DNA of 64,000 nt from the NCBI GenBank assembly GCA_965613025.1, contig CBFDUE010000004.1, positions 11,411 through 75,410 of the forward strand, in the 5' to 3' direction. A program made the translations under genes and the position numbers. Below, piece by piece: positions 34,912 through 45,240 of this stretch (positions are counted from its first letter, which is position 1; each line of letters starts with the position of its first letter). Under the pieces are notes generated by a model that was given only the letters and a program-made list of their open reading frames with translations, was not told the DNA's origin and searched no databases. Origin of the DNA: an uncultured bacterium. GTDB taxonomy: Bacteria > Desulfobacterota > DSM-4660 > Desulfatiglandales > JALVMZ01.

Positions 34912-34962
34912 GAGGGGGTATATCCTTCCTGAAGGAGGGGCTATACCCCCCTCATGTTTTTT
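34912..34962 (+). terminator. Rho-independent terminator of groESL
   Basis: Stem gagggggtata (34912-34922) pairs with tatacccccctc (34942-34953, one bulged C). It is followed by atgtttttt. Confidence 0.7.
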
Positions 34963-35304
34963 ATGGATGTTAAGGAAGAGATAAAGAGAGAGATAGAGAG
35001 AGGGAATTTTATTAGGGCCGCATTTCTTTCCCTTTCCTTAGGGAATATATCTGAGAATATCAAAAAGGAGGCACTCTGGCAGGCCTCTGCCATATATCGT
35101 AATCCCTTTACAACAAAGTCACTTTCCAATGAACTGGGCATGAAAAGAGATGAAGTGGTAGATCTTTTAAGACGGTTATCAGAAGAAAAGGAAAGACAGG
35201 GCAAAGGAAAGGAGCTTTCATCCTGCTATGATCTATATAAGATGAGATATCTATCCTTCCATGAATGGCTTGAAAATCTAAAAAGAGACTGGGATAAATT
35301 TTAA
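34963..35304 (+). CDS. hypothetical small protein (possible HTH segment)
   Basis: The ORF is open from 34954, but that ATG lies inside the terminator T-run, so MDVKEE (34963) is chosen. TKSLSNELGMKRDEVVDLLRRL resembles a helix-turn-helix. Confidence 0.45.
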   Translation: MDVKEEIKREIERGNFIRAAFLSLSLGNISENIKKEALWQASAIYRNPFTTKSLSNELGMKRDEVVDLLRRLSEEKERQGKGKELSSCYDLYKMRYLSFHEWLENLKRDWDKF

Positions 35305-35370
35305 ATTAATTGGGCACTTTCTGTATCTTTTATTTGTATTCTCATTCTGCCTCCATTATTATAAAAAAAT

Positions 35371-37020
35371 ATGAGTAAGAAAAAGGAGACCATAACCATC
35401 TCTCAAGGTAAAAAGGAGCTTTTACTTTCCATATTCTCCCTTCCTCCCTCAAGGCTCTTAAATAGGATATTGAATATGTCCGATCCTAAGAGCTTTGTAA
35501 GGAGGCTTTCTAATCAAGATTTTTTCCTTCTTATAAAGAAGATAGGAATGGATGACTGTATCCCCCTGCTTGAACTTGCAGATGTGGAAAAATGGCAGTT
35601 TGTGATGGATATGGAGGTATGGAAGAGGGATGTTCCAGATATGAATATATTACATAGATGGATATCCCTGTTTTTTAAGGCAGAGCCTGTAAGGCTTTCC
35701 AGGTTCTTACTAAGTGAAGGCGAACTCCTTGCATGCTATATGTTTTTTAAATCCTTAGATATAAAGATCATCCAGGATAAAGACGAGATATATGACATAC
35801 CAGAGGGATTCTTTACCTTAGATGGAGTATACTATTTTAGGGCTAAGGAAGGTTTTGATCATGATCTGATGGAGCGACTTTTAAGATATATGGCAGGTGA
35901 AGATCTCCTAAGATTTCAGGCATTGTTTCTTTCCATTCAGGCCATAATCCCATCTGAAATTGAAGAGGAGCTCTATAGACTTAGATGTATAAGACTTCAA
36001 GAGGTGGGGCTTCTTCCCCATCATGAGGCAATCTCCATCTACTCTCCCTTAAACCCCAATACAATAGAGATTAAAAGGATACCAGAAAAGGCTATAAGAC
36101 TGGATCGTGAACTTTCTGAACTTGTCCCTGTAATACCCCTATCTCTTATAGAATCACAGAATATGCTCTCTCTTGCAGGCTCATATATAAGGGATCCCTT
36201 TCTTTTTGATAGAATTCAGATGGAATTTGCCGGCCTCTGTAACAGAATCATCTCTGCAGATGAAATAAGAATTGAAGAGCTGGAAGATCTTAAAAAGGTA
36301 TGTCTGAAGGCAGCCTCATATCTTAACCTTTCCCTTGAAAGGCTTAGTGCTAAGGATCCTGTTAAAGCTGCCTCCATTTTGGAAAGACATCCATTGGAAG
36401 ATATCTTCAGAGTGGGATTTGGTATGACACTTAAGATCAGGTGGGAGACAGAAAAGTGGATAGCAGGGAGTTGGTTTAAGAGAATGGATCTGAGGCATGA
36501 CTTTTGGGATGAATACTGGGGACAGATGCTTGAAGGTGCACTGATGAAGCATCCCAGATTTTATGACAGAGAAAAGGGGTTTAGATACTTTATGGGAATT
36601 GAAGATCTGAAAGAGTGTCTTAAGGTATTAAGATCATTAATGGTATTGGACAGTCTCTTCGAACATATGGAAAAGAGCTGGAAGATGGAAAGAGAGTTTT
36701 TTAAACTTCAAGATGCCATATTTTATCCTCTCCTTTTCAATACCATGGCTCTAATTCTGATTAAAGACAGCCCCTCCTTTAAACCCATATCCATAGAAGA
36801 GACAAAGACCTTTTTCAGGATAATAAGGCAAGACAAGATAGATGAAAAGGATTTTATAAGAGTTCTTTTAAAAGAGTTTAAGGAAATAGATAGAGAATCC
36901 CTTTCCATATTAGAAGAGACATTGGGCTGGATCTGGAAGGACTTTATTGAAGAATACGAAGATGTATCCATAGAGGCAATGGATGCGCGATTTATTAAAC
37001 ACCTTTGGATTGAAGGATAA
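35371..37020 (+). CDS. conserved-looking hypothetical protein, 549 aa
   Basis: Long uninterrupted ORF with helical-repeat-like composition. I recognise no catalytic motif. Confidence 0.55.
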   Translation: MSKKKETITISQGKKELLLSIFSLPPSRLLNRILNMSDPKSFVRRLSNQDFFLLIKKIGMDDCIPLLELADVEKWQFVMDMEVWKRDVPDMNILHRWISLFFKAEPVRLSRFLLSEGELLACYMFFKSLDIKIIQDKDEIYDIPEGFFTLDGVYYFRAKEGFDHDLMERLLRYMAGEDLLRFQALFLSIQAIIPSEIEEELYRLRCIRLQEVGLLPHHEAISIYSPLNPNTIEIKRIPEKAIRLDRELSELVPVIPLSLIESQNMLSLAGSYIRDPFLFDRIQMEFAGLCNRIISADEIRIEELEDLKKVCLKAASYLNLSLERLSAKDPVKAASILERHPLEDIFRVGFGMTLKIRWETEKWIAGSWFKRMDLRHDFWDEYWGQMLEGALMKHPRFYDREKGFRYFMGIEDLKECLKVLRSLMVLDSLFEHMEKSWKMEREFFKLQDAIFYPLLFNTMALILIKDSPSFKPISIEETKTFFRIIRQDKIDEKDFIRVLLKEFKEIDRESLSILEETLGWIWKDFIEEYEDVSIEAMDARFIKHLWIEG

Positions 37021-37114
37021 GTTATCATATTCCTTAATAATTTTATCTTGACTAATAGATATAATTTAAATATGAGCTCATATCTTAAATTTTAAGGAGC
37101 GGAATGTAGTCATT

Positions 37115-38599
37115 ATGGAAAAGATCAATCCAGTTATAGAGGAGAGGAGAAAGAAATTAAATATCATAAGGCAGAGGGGTATAGATCCCTATCCCTCTGA
37201 ATTTATATGCACAATTACAGCAAGGGATGCAAAGCAGAGATTTGGCCATCTTAAAGATGATCAGCTTGAGAGATTGAATGAGACCTTTTCTATGGCAGGA
37301 AGAATAATGGCCATAAGGAATTTTGGAAAGGCATCATTTATACATATTAAAGATAGAACTGATAAGATTCAGGCCTATATCAAAAGGGATATGGTGGGTG
37401 AAGAGCAATATTCCCTGTTTAGACTTATGGATATCGGTGATTTCATAGGTATTGAAGGGAGTTTTTTTCGCACTCGAACAGGGGAGTTTACCATTCTGGC
37501 CCATTCCATCTGCCTGCTTACCAAATCACTTAGGCCCCTTCCTGAAAAATGGCATGGACTTACTGATATTGAGCTAAGATATAGGATGCGATATCTGGAT
37601 CTCATTGTAAATGAGAAGAGCAGGGAGGTATTTATTAAGAGATCCAGAATTATAGAGGCAATAAGAGAGTTTTTTAAAGAGAGGGGCTTCTTAGAGGTAG
37701 AGACTCCCATGATGCAGCCAATTCCTGGGGGGGCAACAGCACGGCCATTTAAGACATATCATAATGCCTTGGGAATGCATCTCTACCTTAGAATTGCACC
37801 AGAGCTGTATCTAAAGAGGCTGGTTATTGGTGGATTTGAGAGGGTGTTTGAGATTAATAGAAACTTTAGAAATGAGGGTGTCTCTGGAGAGCACAATCCA
37901 GAATTTACCATGCTGGAATTCTATATGAGTTATGCCACATATGAGGATTTGATGAAGCTGACTGAAGATCTCTTCCAGTACATACTTGAAAGGGTGATTG
38001 GATCTAAAAGACTTTCTTACCAGGGGAAAGAGATAGACTTTAGCCCACCCTGGAGGAGGATCCCTTTCTTTGAGGCATTGAAGGAGATAGGAAATGTTCC
38101 CTCTGAGATCATGGAAGACAGAGAAAGACTTTTTAAATTTGCAAAAGAAAAAGGCATTTCAGCTGTTGAACGAGAAAATAGGGGTAAATTGCTTACTAAG
38201 ATTTTTGATCATCTTGTGGAGCCAAGACTTGTTCAACCCACATTTATATATGGGTATCCTATAGAGGTATCTCCTCTTGCAAAAAGAAATAGAGACAATC
38301 CTGAAATAGTAGATCGCTTTGAGCTTTTCATTGCTGGAAAAGAGATAGCCAATGCATTTAATGAGCTGAATGATCCGGACGATCAGAGGCAGAGATTTCT
38401 TCAGCAAGTGGCAGAGCGAGAGGCAGGTGATGAAGAAGCCCAGTTTATGGATGAAGACTATCTAATGGCTTTGGAATATGGTCTTCCACCTACTGCAGGA
38501 GAAGGGATAGGGATAGATAGGTTGGTGATGATCCTGACCGATTCCCCATCTATCCGTGATGTGATCCTGTTTCCTCATATGAGGGCCAGAGATTTATAG
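37115..38599 (+). CDS. lysS: lysine--tRNA ligase (class II)
   Basis: OB anticodon-binding N-terminus and class II motifs (FLEVETPMM, FRNEG, GLPPTAGEGIGIDRLVM). Confidence 0.95.
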   Translation: MEKINPVIEERRKKLNIIRQRGIDPYPSEFICTITARDAKQRFGHLKDDQLERLNETFSMAGRIMAIRNFGKASFIHIKDRTDKIQAYIKRDMVGEEQYSLFRLMDIGDFIGIEGSFFRTRTGEFTILAHSICLLTKSLRPLPEKWHGLTDIELRYRMRYLDLIVNEKSREVFIKRSRIIEAIREFFKERGFLEVETPMMQPIPGGATARPFKTYHNALGMHLYLRIAPELYLKRLVIGGFERVFEINRNFRNEGVSGEHNPEFTMLEFYMSYATYEDLMKLTEDLFQYILERVIGSKRLSYQGKEIDFSPPWRRIPFFEALKEIGNVPSEIMEDRERLFKFAKEKGISAVERENRGKLLTKIFDHLVEPRLVQPTFIYGYPIEVSPLAKRNRDNPEIVDRFELFIAGKEIANAFNELNDPDDQRQRFLQQVAEREAGDEEAQFMDEDYLMALEYGLPPTAGEGIGIDRLVMILTDSPSIRDVILFPHMRARDL

Positions 38600-38608
38600 A
38601 GACATTAC

Positions 38609-39835
38609 ATGTCTTTTGAACTATTTTTGGCATATAGGTATCTAAAATCTAAGAAGAGGCATTCCTTTATCTCCTTCATCACCATAATATCCATTCTGGG
38701 TGTAACTGTAGGTGTTATGGCGCTCATTGTGGTGTTATCTGTCATGAATGGCTTTAGGGCGGATCTGATGAAGAAGATATTAGGAGTAAATAGCCATATA
38801 TTGGTGATGAGCTATTCAGGGAACATATCTAAGTATCAGGATATAATAAAAAGCATTAGATCTGTTGAGGGTGTTATGTCTGCCACTCCCTTTATATATA
38901 CCCAGGTGATGATAAGAAGCGGAAGTAGTGTTTCAGGTGCGGTTTTAAGGGGTATTGATGTGGATAGTGTAACAAAGGTGGTGGAGATAAGGGATATGAT
39001 AAAAGGAGGGAATTTAGAGGATCTTAAAAAGGGGAGTGAAAAGGCACCACCCATTATTGTGGGAAAGGAGCTATGTAAGATTATAGGTGTAAGTATGGGA
39101 AGTATGGTAAATGTGATCTCTCCATATGGTAGGATTACTCCGGTTGGAAGGGTGCCACTTAGCAAGAATTTTAGAATATGCGGTTACTTAGATTCTGGCC
39201 TATATGATTTTGATACATCCATGCTATTTGTGGATCTCGGTGTGGCCCAAGAGCTTGTAGGCATTGGGAATAGAGTTAGTGGTATTGAGGTGAGGGTAAA
39301 AGATCCTGATAAGAGTGATATAATAGGAAAAGAGATTATTAAGAAACTTGGCTATCCATTCTGGTTTAAGGACTGGAAACAGATGAACAGAAGTCTTATG
39401 GGAGCGCTTAAGCTTGAAAAACTTACAATGTTTGTAATCCTTACCATGATAATATTGGTAGGTGCCCTAAATATAATAAGTGCCCTTATAATGGTAGTTA
39501 TGGAAAAGACAAAAGATATCGCGATACTTAGGAGTATGGGTGCAAGGACAAAAAGCATTATGAAAATATTCATATATCAGGGGCTTATAATAGGCACATG
39601 TGGAACAATAATGGGTATATCTCTTGGGCTCTTGCTATGTGCCATCTTAGACAGATACCCATTTATTAAGCTCCCTTCAGACATATATTATATATCAACT
39701 CTACCCGTTAAGGTTCAGGGATGGGATATAGTGTTGATTGCTATCTGTGCCATACTCATATCCCTTCTTGCAACCATCTATCCATCTTTATATGCATCAA
39801 GGCTTGATCCTGTGGAGGCTATAAGATATGAATGA
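38609..39835 (+). CDS. lipoprotein-releasing system permease (LolC/E family, FtsX-like)
   Basis: MSFELFLAYRYLKSKK start, MacB-like periplasmic domain and C-terminal FtsX TMs. Overlaps lolD by 8 nt. Confidence 0.85.
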   Translation: MSFELFLAYRYLKSKKRHSFISFITIISILGVTVGVMALIVVLSVMNGFRADLMKKILGVNSHILVMSYSGNISKYQDIIKSIRSVEGVMSATPFIYTQVMIRSGSSVSGAVLRGIDVDSVTKVVEIRDMIKGGNLEDLKKGSEKAPPIIVGKELCKIIGVSMGSMVNVISPYGRITPVGRVPLSKNFRICGYLDSGLYDFDTSMLFVDLGVAQELVGIGNRVSGIEVRVKDPDKSDIIGKEIIKKLGYPFWFKDWKQMNRSLMGALKLEKLTMFVILTMIILVGALNIISALIMVVMEKTKDIAILRSMGARTKSIMKIFIYQGLIIGTCGTIMGISLGLLLCAILDRYPFIKLPSDIYYISTLPVKVQGWDIVLIAICAILISLLATIYPSLYASRLDPVEAIRYE

Positions 39836-40526
39836 TGATAAGAAGATCATACTGGAGCTAAGAGATGTGCATAAGACCTTCCCCTTTGATGGAGATTCCA
39901 TAGAGGTGCTCAAAGGTGTGGATCTTATGGTAGAAAGTGCTCAGACCATAGCCATTACCGGGGTGTCTGGATCTGGAAAATCCACCTTACTTCATATAAT
40001 AGGCACACTGGAAAGGCCTACTAAAGGGAGGGTCATAATTGATTCTAAGGATATAGCTGATATGAAAGAAGAAGAGCTTTCTGTGCTGAGGAACAGATAT
40101 ATCGGGTTTGTATTTCAATTTTATCATCTTCTCCCTGAGTTAGATGCCCTTGAAAATACCATGCTTCCGTGCATGATAGGAGGAAGGGATACCAAGAAGA
40201 TAAGAAAGGAGGCAGAGCAGATATTGGAGAGGGTTGGGCTATCCCATAGACTCTTTCACAAGGTGGGAGAACTTTCGGGTGGAGAACAGCAGAGGGTTGC
40301 CATTGCAAGGGCATTGGTTAATGATCCCAAGATACTGCTTGCAGATGAACCCACTGGATGCTTAGATACAATGACAGGTGAGGAGATTATGGAGCTATTG
40401 CTGTCCCTAAATAGAGAAAGAGGTGTAACCATTGTGCTTGCAACCCATAATATAAGGCTATCAAAGAAGATGGAAAGACAGATGGAGCTTATTGATGGTG
40501 TGCTTAAAGAGATCCAGGGTAATTAG
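39828..40526 (+). CDS. lolD: lipoprotein-releasing system ATP-binding protein
   Basis: GVSGSGKSTLLH, LSGGEQQRVAIARAL and LLADEPTG. Confidence 0.85.
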   Translation: MNDDKKIILELRDVHKTFPFDGDSIEVLKGVDLMVESAQTIAITGVSGSGKSTLLHIIGTLERPTKGRVIIDSKDIADMKEEELSVLRNRYIGFVFQFYHLLPELDALENTMLPCMIGGRDTKKIRKEAEQILERVGLSHRLFHKVGELSGGEQQRVAIARALVNDPKILLADEPTGCLDTMTGEEIMELLLSLNRERGVTIVLATHNIRLSKKMERQMELIDGVLKEIQGN

Positions 40527-43179
40527 CATCTCTCTATTTTGTATTTTTTTTATATCCTATCCATTGATCTGTATGGGATATGATAACAGGATTTTGGTGC
40601 TTCCTTTTGTAATTCATGGGCCCAAGGATATTCAGAATCTGGGATTTCGTATCCAAAAAGATCTAAGTTCAGATCTAAGATCAAGAGGGGGATATGTAAT
40701 TCCTCCTGAAATGATAAATGCACATGAGATAGTGCTTAAGAGGCCCCTTACACGTAAAGATATAGATCAGATATCCACCATATTTGATGCCAATTGGGTC
40801 ATATCGGGTAGTCTTACAAAGATAGGTAAGAGGATAAGCCTTGATTTTCAGCTCTACCGCTGCCCTGTAACCAAACCACCATTTTCTCTCTTTTTTATGG
40901 AAGATAGTCTCGATTCCCTTCCAGATGCCATAACACGGGCCTCTGAGAGGATCTTTCAACACATAGGGGGAGTGTTACGGATATTGGATATAAAGATAGA
41001 GGGCAACAGGAGGATAGAGACAGATGCCATAATGGCAGTTATTAAAAGCAAAAAAGGGGATATGGTAGATCCAAAAAGACTAAATGAGGACCTGCGAAAC
41101 GTGTATAAGATGGGATATTTTAGGGATGTGATCATTGAAAAGGAAGAGAGGCCCAAAGGAGCAGTAATTGTATTCAGAGTAAAAGAAAAGCCCACTATCT
41201 CCAAGATCCGCTTTAAAGGGAACAGACACGTATCAGATGACGATCTATTAAAGGAGTGTGGCATCAGGGAATTTACCATCTTAGATTATGGGGAGGTAAA
41301 GCAGAGCATCAAGAGGCTTGTGGATTTTTACAGGCTTAAGGGATACTACAATGTCTCTATAGAAGAGAAGATCCAAGAGCTTCCAAATAACGAAGTCTCC
41401 CTTACCTATGAGATTAAAGAGGGAGAAAAGGTCTATATTAAAAAGATCACCTTCATTGGCAATAGAAGCTTTAGTGAAAAGAGATTAAAAGATGTTATGG
41501 AGACAAGTGAGAAGGGATTCTTTTCCTGGATAACGAAGTCAGGGCTCTTAGATAGAAAGAAATTGGATGTGGATATACAAAAACTTATCTCCTTTTATCA
41601 GAACAATGGCTTCATCAAGGTCAAGATAGGGGAGCCTAAGATCACCTATGAAAAAAGAGGCAAAGGTCTTAAGATAACCATTGAGATTATGGAAGGCCCC
41701 AGATACAGGGTGAAGGATATAAAGATCAGGGGAAAGAAAAAAGAGGATCTTATCGCTTCCCCAAGGGAGATTCTTTCAACCTTCAAGACAAGACCAGGAC
41801 AATATTTCAATAGAAAGATCCTGAGGGAAGACATACTTACATTGAGGCAATTCTATGTGGACAAGGGTTATGCATATGCAGAGGTAATCCCCTCCACAGA
41901 GATGGATGATAAGAGACATCTTGTTAGTATCCTCTTTACCATTTCAAAAGGCAAAAAGGTAAGGTTTGAAAGGATAAATATTACAGGGAATGTATATACA
42001 AGGGATAAGGTGATAAGAAGGCAGTTGAGGATAAGTGAGCAGGAATATTTCAGTGGAGAGAAGCTCAGAAAGAGCATTGAGAATCTCCATCGTCTGGGGT
42101 ATTTTGAAGATGTGGAAGTAAAGATGGAAAAGGGATCTCAAGATGACCTTATGATCTTAAATATCCATGTAAAAGAGAGACCTACGGGGTCTTTTACAAT
42201 CGGTGCCGGATACAGTTCCTTTGATAAGGCAATGTTAATGTTTCAGATTGCCCAAAATAATTTCTTGGGTTATGGGCAGAAGCTTTCGGCTTCAGGAAGC
42301 TTTGGAAGCAAGACCACCCAGTTTGATATCCGTTTTACCGAACCCTATTTTATGGACAGACCCATCAGTGCCGGAGTGGATCTATATAACTGGAAGAGGG
42401 AATATGATGAATACACCAAAAAGAGCACAGGAGGAGGGCTTAGAAGCTCGTTTCCCATAGGATTTGATAAGGAATTTACCAGGGGGCTGGTCTCCTATTA
42501 CTATGATGACTCAGAGATATCTGAGATAGAAGATACCGCATCCATCTATATTAAGGATATGGCAGGAAGGAATGTGACAAGCAGTGTGACCATTGGTATA
42601 AAGAGGGACTCTAAGGACAGGCCCTGGAACACCACCAAAGGTTCATATAACAGATTTAGCATTGAATATGCAGGAGGATTTCTGGGTGGGGATGTCTATT
42701 TTACAAAGTATCTCTTGCGCTCTGGATGGTATGTGCCCCTATTTTGGGATACGGTCTTCTTTATGCAGGGTAGATGGGGATATGTGGAGGCAAGATCTGG
42801 GGGGAAACTGCCCATATATCAGAAATTTCGGATTGGGGGGATAAATACAGTAAGAGGCTATGACTATGCCTCAATATCTCCCAAAGACCCAATAACCGGA
42901 GACCGTATAGGCGGAGAGAAGATGATGGTCTATAATTTTGAGTATAGATTCCCCCTAATAAAGGAGCAGGGACTTGTGGGATTGGTATTTTTTGATGCAG
43001 GAAATGTGCTTACAGATGATCAGAGCTGGACTCTTACCGGTATCAGAAAGTCCATTGGATTTGGGGTGAGGTGGTATTCTGCTATTGGCCCTATACGGAT
43101 AGAATATGGTAAGATAATAGATCGCAGGGCAGATGAGCCTTCTGGCAATTGGGAATTTACTATCGGTGGACTATTTTAA
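40492..43179 (+). CDS. bamA: outer membrane protein assembly factor BamA with an extra N-terminal domain of about 150 aa
   Basis: Signal peptide, an extra domain, five POTRA-like units (IKIEGNRRI, IRFKGNRHV, ITFIGNRSF, IKIRGKKKE, INITGNVYT) and an Omp85 barrel ending in ...WEFTIGGLF. Confidence 0.88.
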   Translation: MMVCLKRSRVISISLFCIFFISYPLICMGYDNRILVLPFVIHGPKDIQNLGFRIQKDLSSDLRSRGGYVIPPEMINAHEIVLKRPLTRKDIDQISTIFDANWVISGSLTKIGKRISLDFQLYRCPVTKPPFSLFFMEDSLDSLPDAITRASERIFQHIGGVLRILDIKIEGNRRIETDAIMAVIKSKKGDMVDPKRLNEDLRNVYKMGYFRDVIIEKEERPKGAVIVFRVKEKPTISKIRFKGNRHVSDDDLLKECGIREFTILDYGEVKQSIKRLVDFYRLKGYYNVSIEEKIQELPNNEVSLTYEIKEGEKVYIKKITFIGNRSFSEKRLKDVMETSEKGFFSWITKSGLLDRKKLDVDIQKLISFYQNNGFIKVKIGEPKITYEKRGKGLKITIEIMEGPRYRVKDIKIRGKKKEDLIASPREILSTFKTRPGQYFNRKILREDILTLRQFYVDKGYAYAEVIPSTEMDDKRHLVSILFTISKGKKVRFERINITGNVYTRDKVIRRQLRISEQEYFSGEKLRKSIENLHRLGYFEDVEVKMEKGSQDDLMILNIHVKERPTGSFTIGAGYSSFDKAMLMFQIAQNNFLGYGQKLSASGSFGSKTTQFDIRFTEPYFMDRPISAGVDLYNWKREYDEYTKKSTGGGLRSSFPIGFDKEFTRGLVSYYYDDSEISEIEDTASIYIKDMAGRNVTSSVTIGIKRDSKDRPWNTTKGSYNRFSIEYAGGFLGGDVYFTKYLLRSGWYVPLFWDTVFFMQGRWGYVEARSGGKLPIYQKFRIGGINTVRGYDYASISPKDPITGDRIGGEKMMVYNFEYRFPLIKEQGLVGLVFFDAGNVLTDDQSWTLTGIRKSIGFGVRWYSAIGPIRIEYGKIIDRRADEPSGNWEFTIGGLF

Positions 43180-43203
43180 GATCTAATTGAAAGGAGAGTG
43201 ATT

Positions 43204-43737
43204 ATGAAGAGATTTAGTGTGATAATGACAATAGCTATTTCACTTCTCATATTTACCCCCCTGTGCTATTCGCAAAATATAAAGATAGGTGTGGTGGATA
43301 TTCAGGAATTTCAGAGAAGATCTAAGGCATTTCAAAAGATCCGTCTAAAGCTGAGGAAGAAATATGAGGCCTTGCAGGCAAAGCTTGACAAGGAAAAACA
43401 GGCACTTCTGAAGATGGAAGAGGAATTTAGAAAACAGAGGCTCATGCTCAGCTTAGATGCTCAAGAGGATAAGAAAAGGCAGCTTGAAAAGAAGAGAAGA
43501 TACTATAAATATCTGTATGAAGAGCTTACAGAAGAGATGAAAAATGCAGAGATGGAGGAGACCAAACGGGTAAGTAAGGAGCTTGAAAAGGTGGTGGATA
43601 AGATCGCAAAGAAAGAAGGCTACACCCTCATATTGGAAAAGAGGACTGTGGGTCTGGTCTACTATGATGATTCCATAGACATAACTCAGAAGGTCATTGA
43701 GGCATACGATAAGATGAAAGGTGGAAGTCAGCAATAG
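43204..43737 (+). CDS. skp: OmpH/Skp periplasmic chaperone
   Basis: Signal peptide, then IGVVDIQ and a long charged coiled region. Start chosen at the ATG at 43204 after AAGGAGAG. The ORF is open from the GTG at 43198. Confidence 0.8.
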   Translation: MKRFSVIMTIAISLLIFTPLCYSQNIKIGVVDIQEFQRRSKAFQKIRLKLRKKYEALQAKLDKEKQALLKMEEEFRKQRLMLSLDAQEDKKRQLEKKRRYYKYLYEELTEEMKNAEMEETKRVSKELEKVVDKIAKKEGYTLILEKRTVGLVYYDDSIDITQKVIEAYDKMKGGSQQ

Positions 43738-43739
43738 AT

Positions 43740-44786
43740 ATGGAAATGAAAAAGAGTCTGAAAGAGATTGCAGATGCACTTGAAGGAAGGCTCATAGGAG
43801 ATGGCAGTATCCAGATAAAGGGGATAAATTCTCTTTCTGAAGCTAAGAGTGGTGATATATCCTTCTATTATGATCCCAGATTCAGGGATGCACTTAAAGA
43901 TACCAAGGCATCGGCACTTATTGTTAAAGAGCAGATTCAGGAATTCAGTGGGCCTCAGCTTATTGTAAGAGATCCCATTAAGGCATATATCAAACTCTGC
44001 TCCCTCTTTTTTAAAGAGTTTGCAAGACCCATTGGGATAAGTCCAGAGGCATATATAGAGGAAGATTGTAAAATAGGAGATGGGGTATCTATCTATCCAT
44101 TTGTATATATTGGTAAGGGATCAGAGATTGGAAATAGGGTCAGAATATATCCAGGCACATTTATAGGCGATAGGGTCCGTATAGGTGATGATACGCTTAT
44201 ATATTCCAATGTATCTATAATGGATGGATGCATAGTGGGTAAGAGGGTTATTATACATGCAGGTTGCACAATAGGAAGTGATGGCTTTGGTTATATAAGG
44301 GAAGGGGGGAAAAATATCAAGATACCTCAGAGAGGAATAGTTCTTATAGAAGACGATGTGGAGATTGGGGCAAACTGTTCCATTGATCGTGCAACCTTTG
44401 GAAGGACCTGGATTAAGAGAGGCGTTAAGATGGACAATCTTGTTCAGATAGGCCACAATGTGATTATTGGAGAAGATAGCCTCATAGTGGCTCAGACAGG
44501 AATCTCTGGAAGCGTAAGTATAGGAAGAGATGTAATTATTGGGGGGCAGGTGGGAATTGCAGATCATATAAGGATTGGAGATAGGGTAAAGATTGCCTCT
44601 AAGTCAGGAATAGCTAAGTCCATTGAAAGCGATAGAGTTGTCTCTGGGATACCTGCCATAGCTCATCAGAGATGGTTAAGGTGTAGCACCCTATTTGAGA
44701 GACTCCCAGATATCCAGCGGAGAGTCAGGAATCTGGAAAGAGAGATAGATGAATTGAAAGAGATGGTCCATAAAAGGAGCAATTAA
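43740..44786 (+). CDS. lpxD: UDP-3-O-acylglucosamine N-acyltransferase
   Basis: LKEIADALEGRLIGDG N-terminus and hexapeptide repeats. Position is skp-lpxD-fabZ-lpxA. Confidence 0.9.
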   Translation: MEMKKSLKEIADALEGRLIGDGSIQIKGINSLSEAKSGDISFYYDPRFRDALKDTKASALIVKEQIQEFSGPQLIVRDPIKAYIKLCSLFFKEFARPIGISPEAYIEEDCKIGDGVSIYPFVYIGKGSEIGNRVRIYPGTFIGDRVRIGDDTLIYSNVSIMDGCIVGKRVIIHAGCTIGSDGFGYIREGGKNIKIPQRGIVLIEDDVEIGANCSIDRATFGRTWIKRGVKMDNLVQIGHNVIIGEDSLIVAQTGISGSVSIGRDVIIGGQVGIADHIRIGDRVKIASKSGIAKSIESDRVVSGIPAIAHQRWLRCSTLFERLPDIQRRVRNLEREIDELKEMVHKRSN

Positions 44787-45236
44787 ATGAGACTCCCATT
44801 GGTATACGAAGATATAGTTGAGATTCTACCACACCGATATCCCTTTCTGTTTGTGGATAGAATCATAGAGCTTGAGCTATGGAAGAGGGCAGTGGGCATA
44901 AAAAATGTCACAAATAATGAGTATTTCTTTAAGGGGCATTTTCCTAAAAGGCCCATTATGCCCGGTGTCCTGATTGTGGAGGCATTGGCTCAAGTTGGGG
45001 GAGTACTTGCCATATTGAGTATCAGAGAAAATAGCGAGAAGAAAGAGATTTCAGAGCTATATTTTATGTCGATAGATAAGGTAAAGTTTAGGAGACCTGT
45101 TGTCCCTGGTGATATATTGACTCTTGAAGTTGAGGCCCTTAGGACAGGTTCAAAGGTCTGGAGGCTTCAAGGCAGGGCAACAGTAGGGGATGAATTGGCC
45201 GCAGAGGCACTAATCACTGCAAGTCTTGGCTCATAA
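44787..45236 (+). CDS. fabZ: 3-hydroxyacyl-ACP dehydratase FabZ
   Basis: ILPHRYPFLFVDRI...FFKGHFPKRPIMPGVLIVEALAQ. Confidence 0.95.
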   Translation: MRLPLVYEDIVEILPHRYPFLFVDRIIELELWKRAVGIKNVTNNEYFFKGHFPKRPIMPGVLIVEALAQVGGVLAILSIRENSEKKEISELYFMSIDKVKFRRPVVPGDILTLEVEALRTGSKVWRLQGRATVGDELAAEALITASLGS

Positions 45237-45240
45237 GGAG

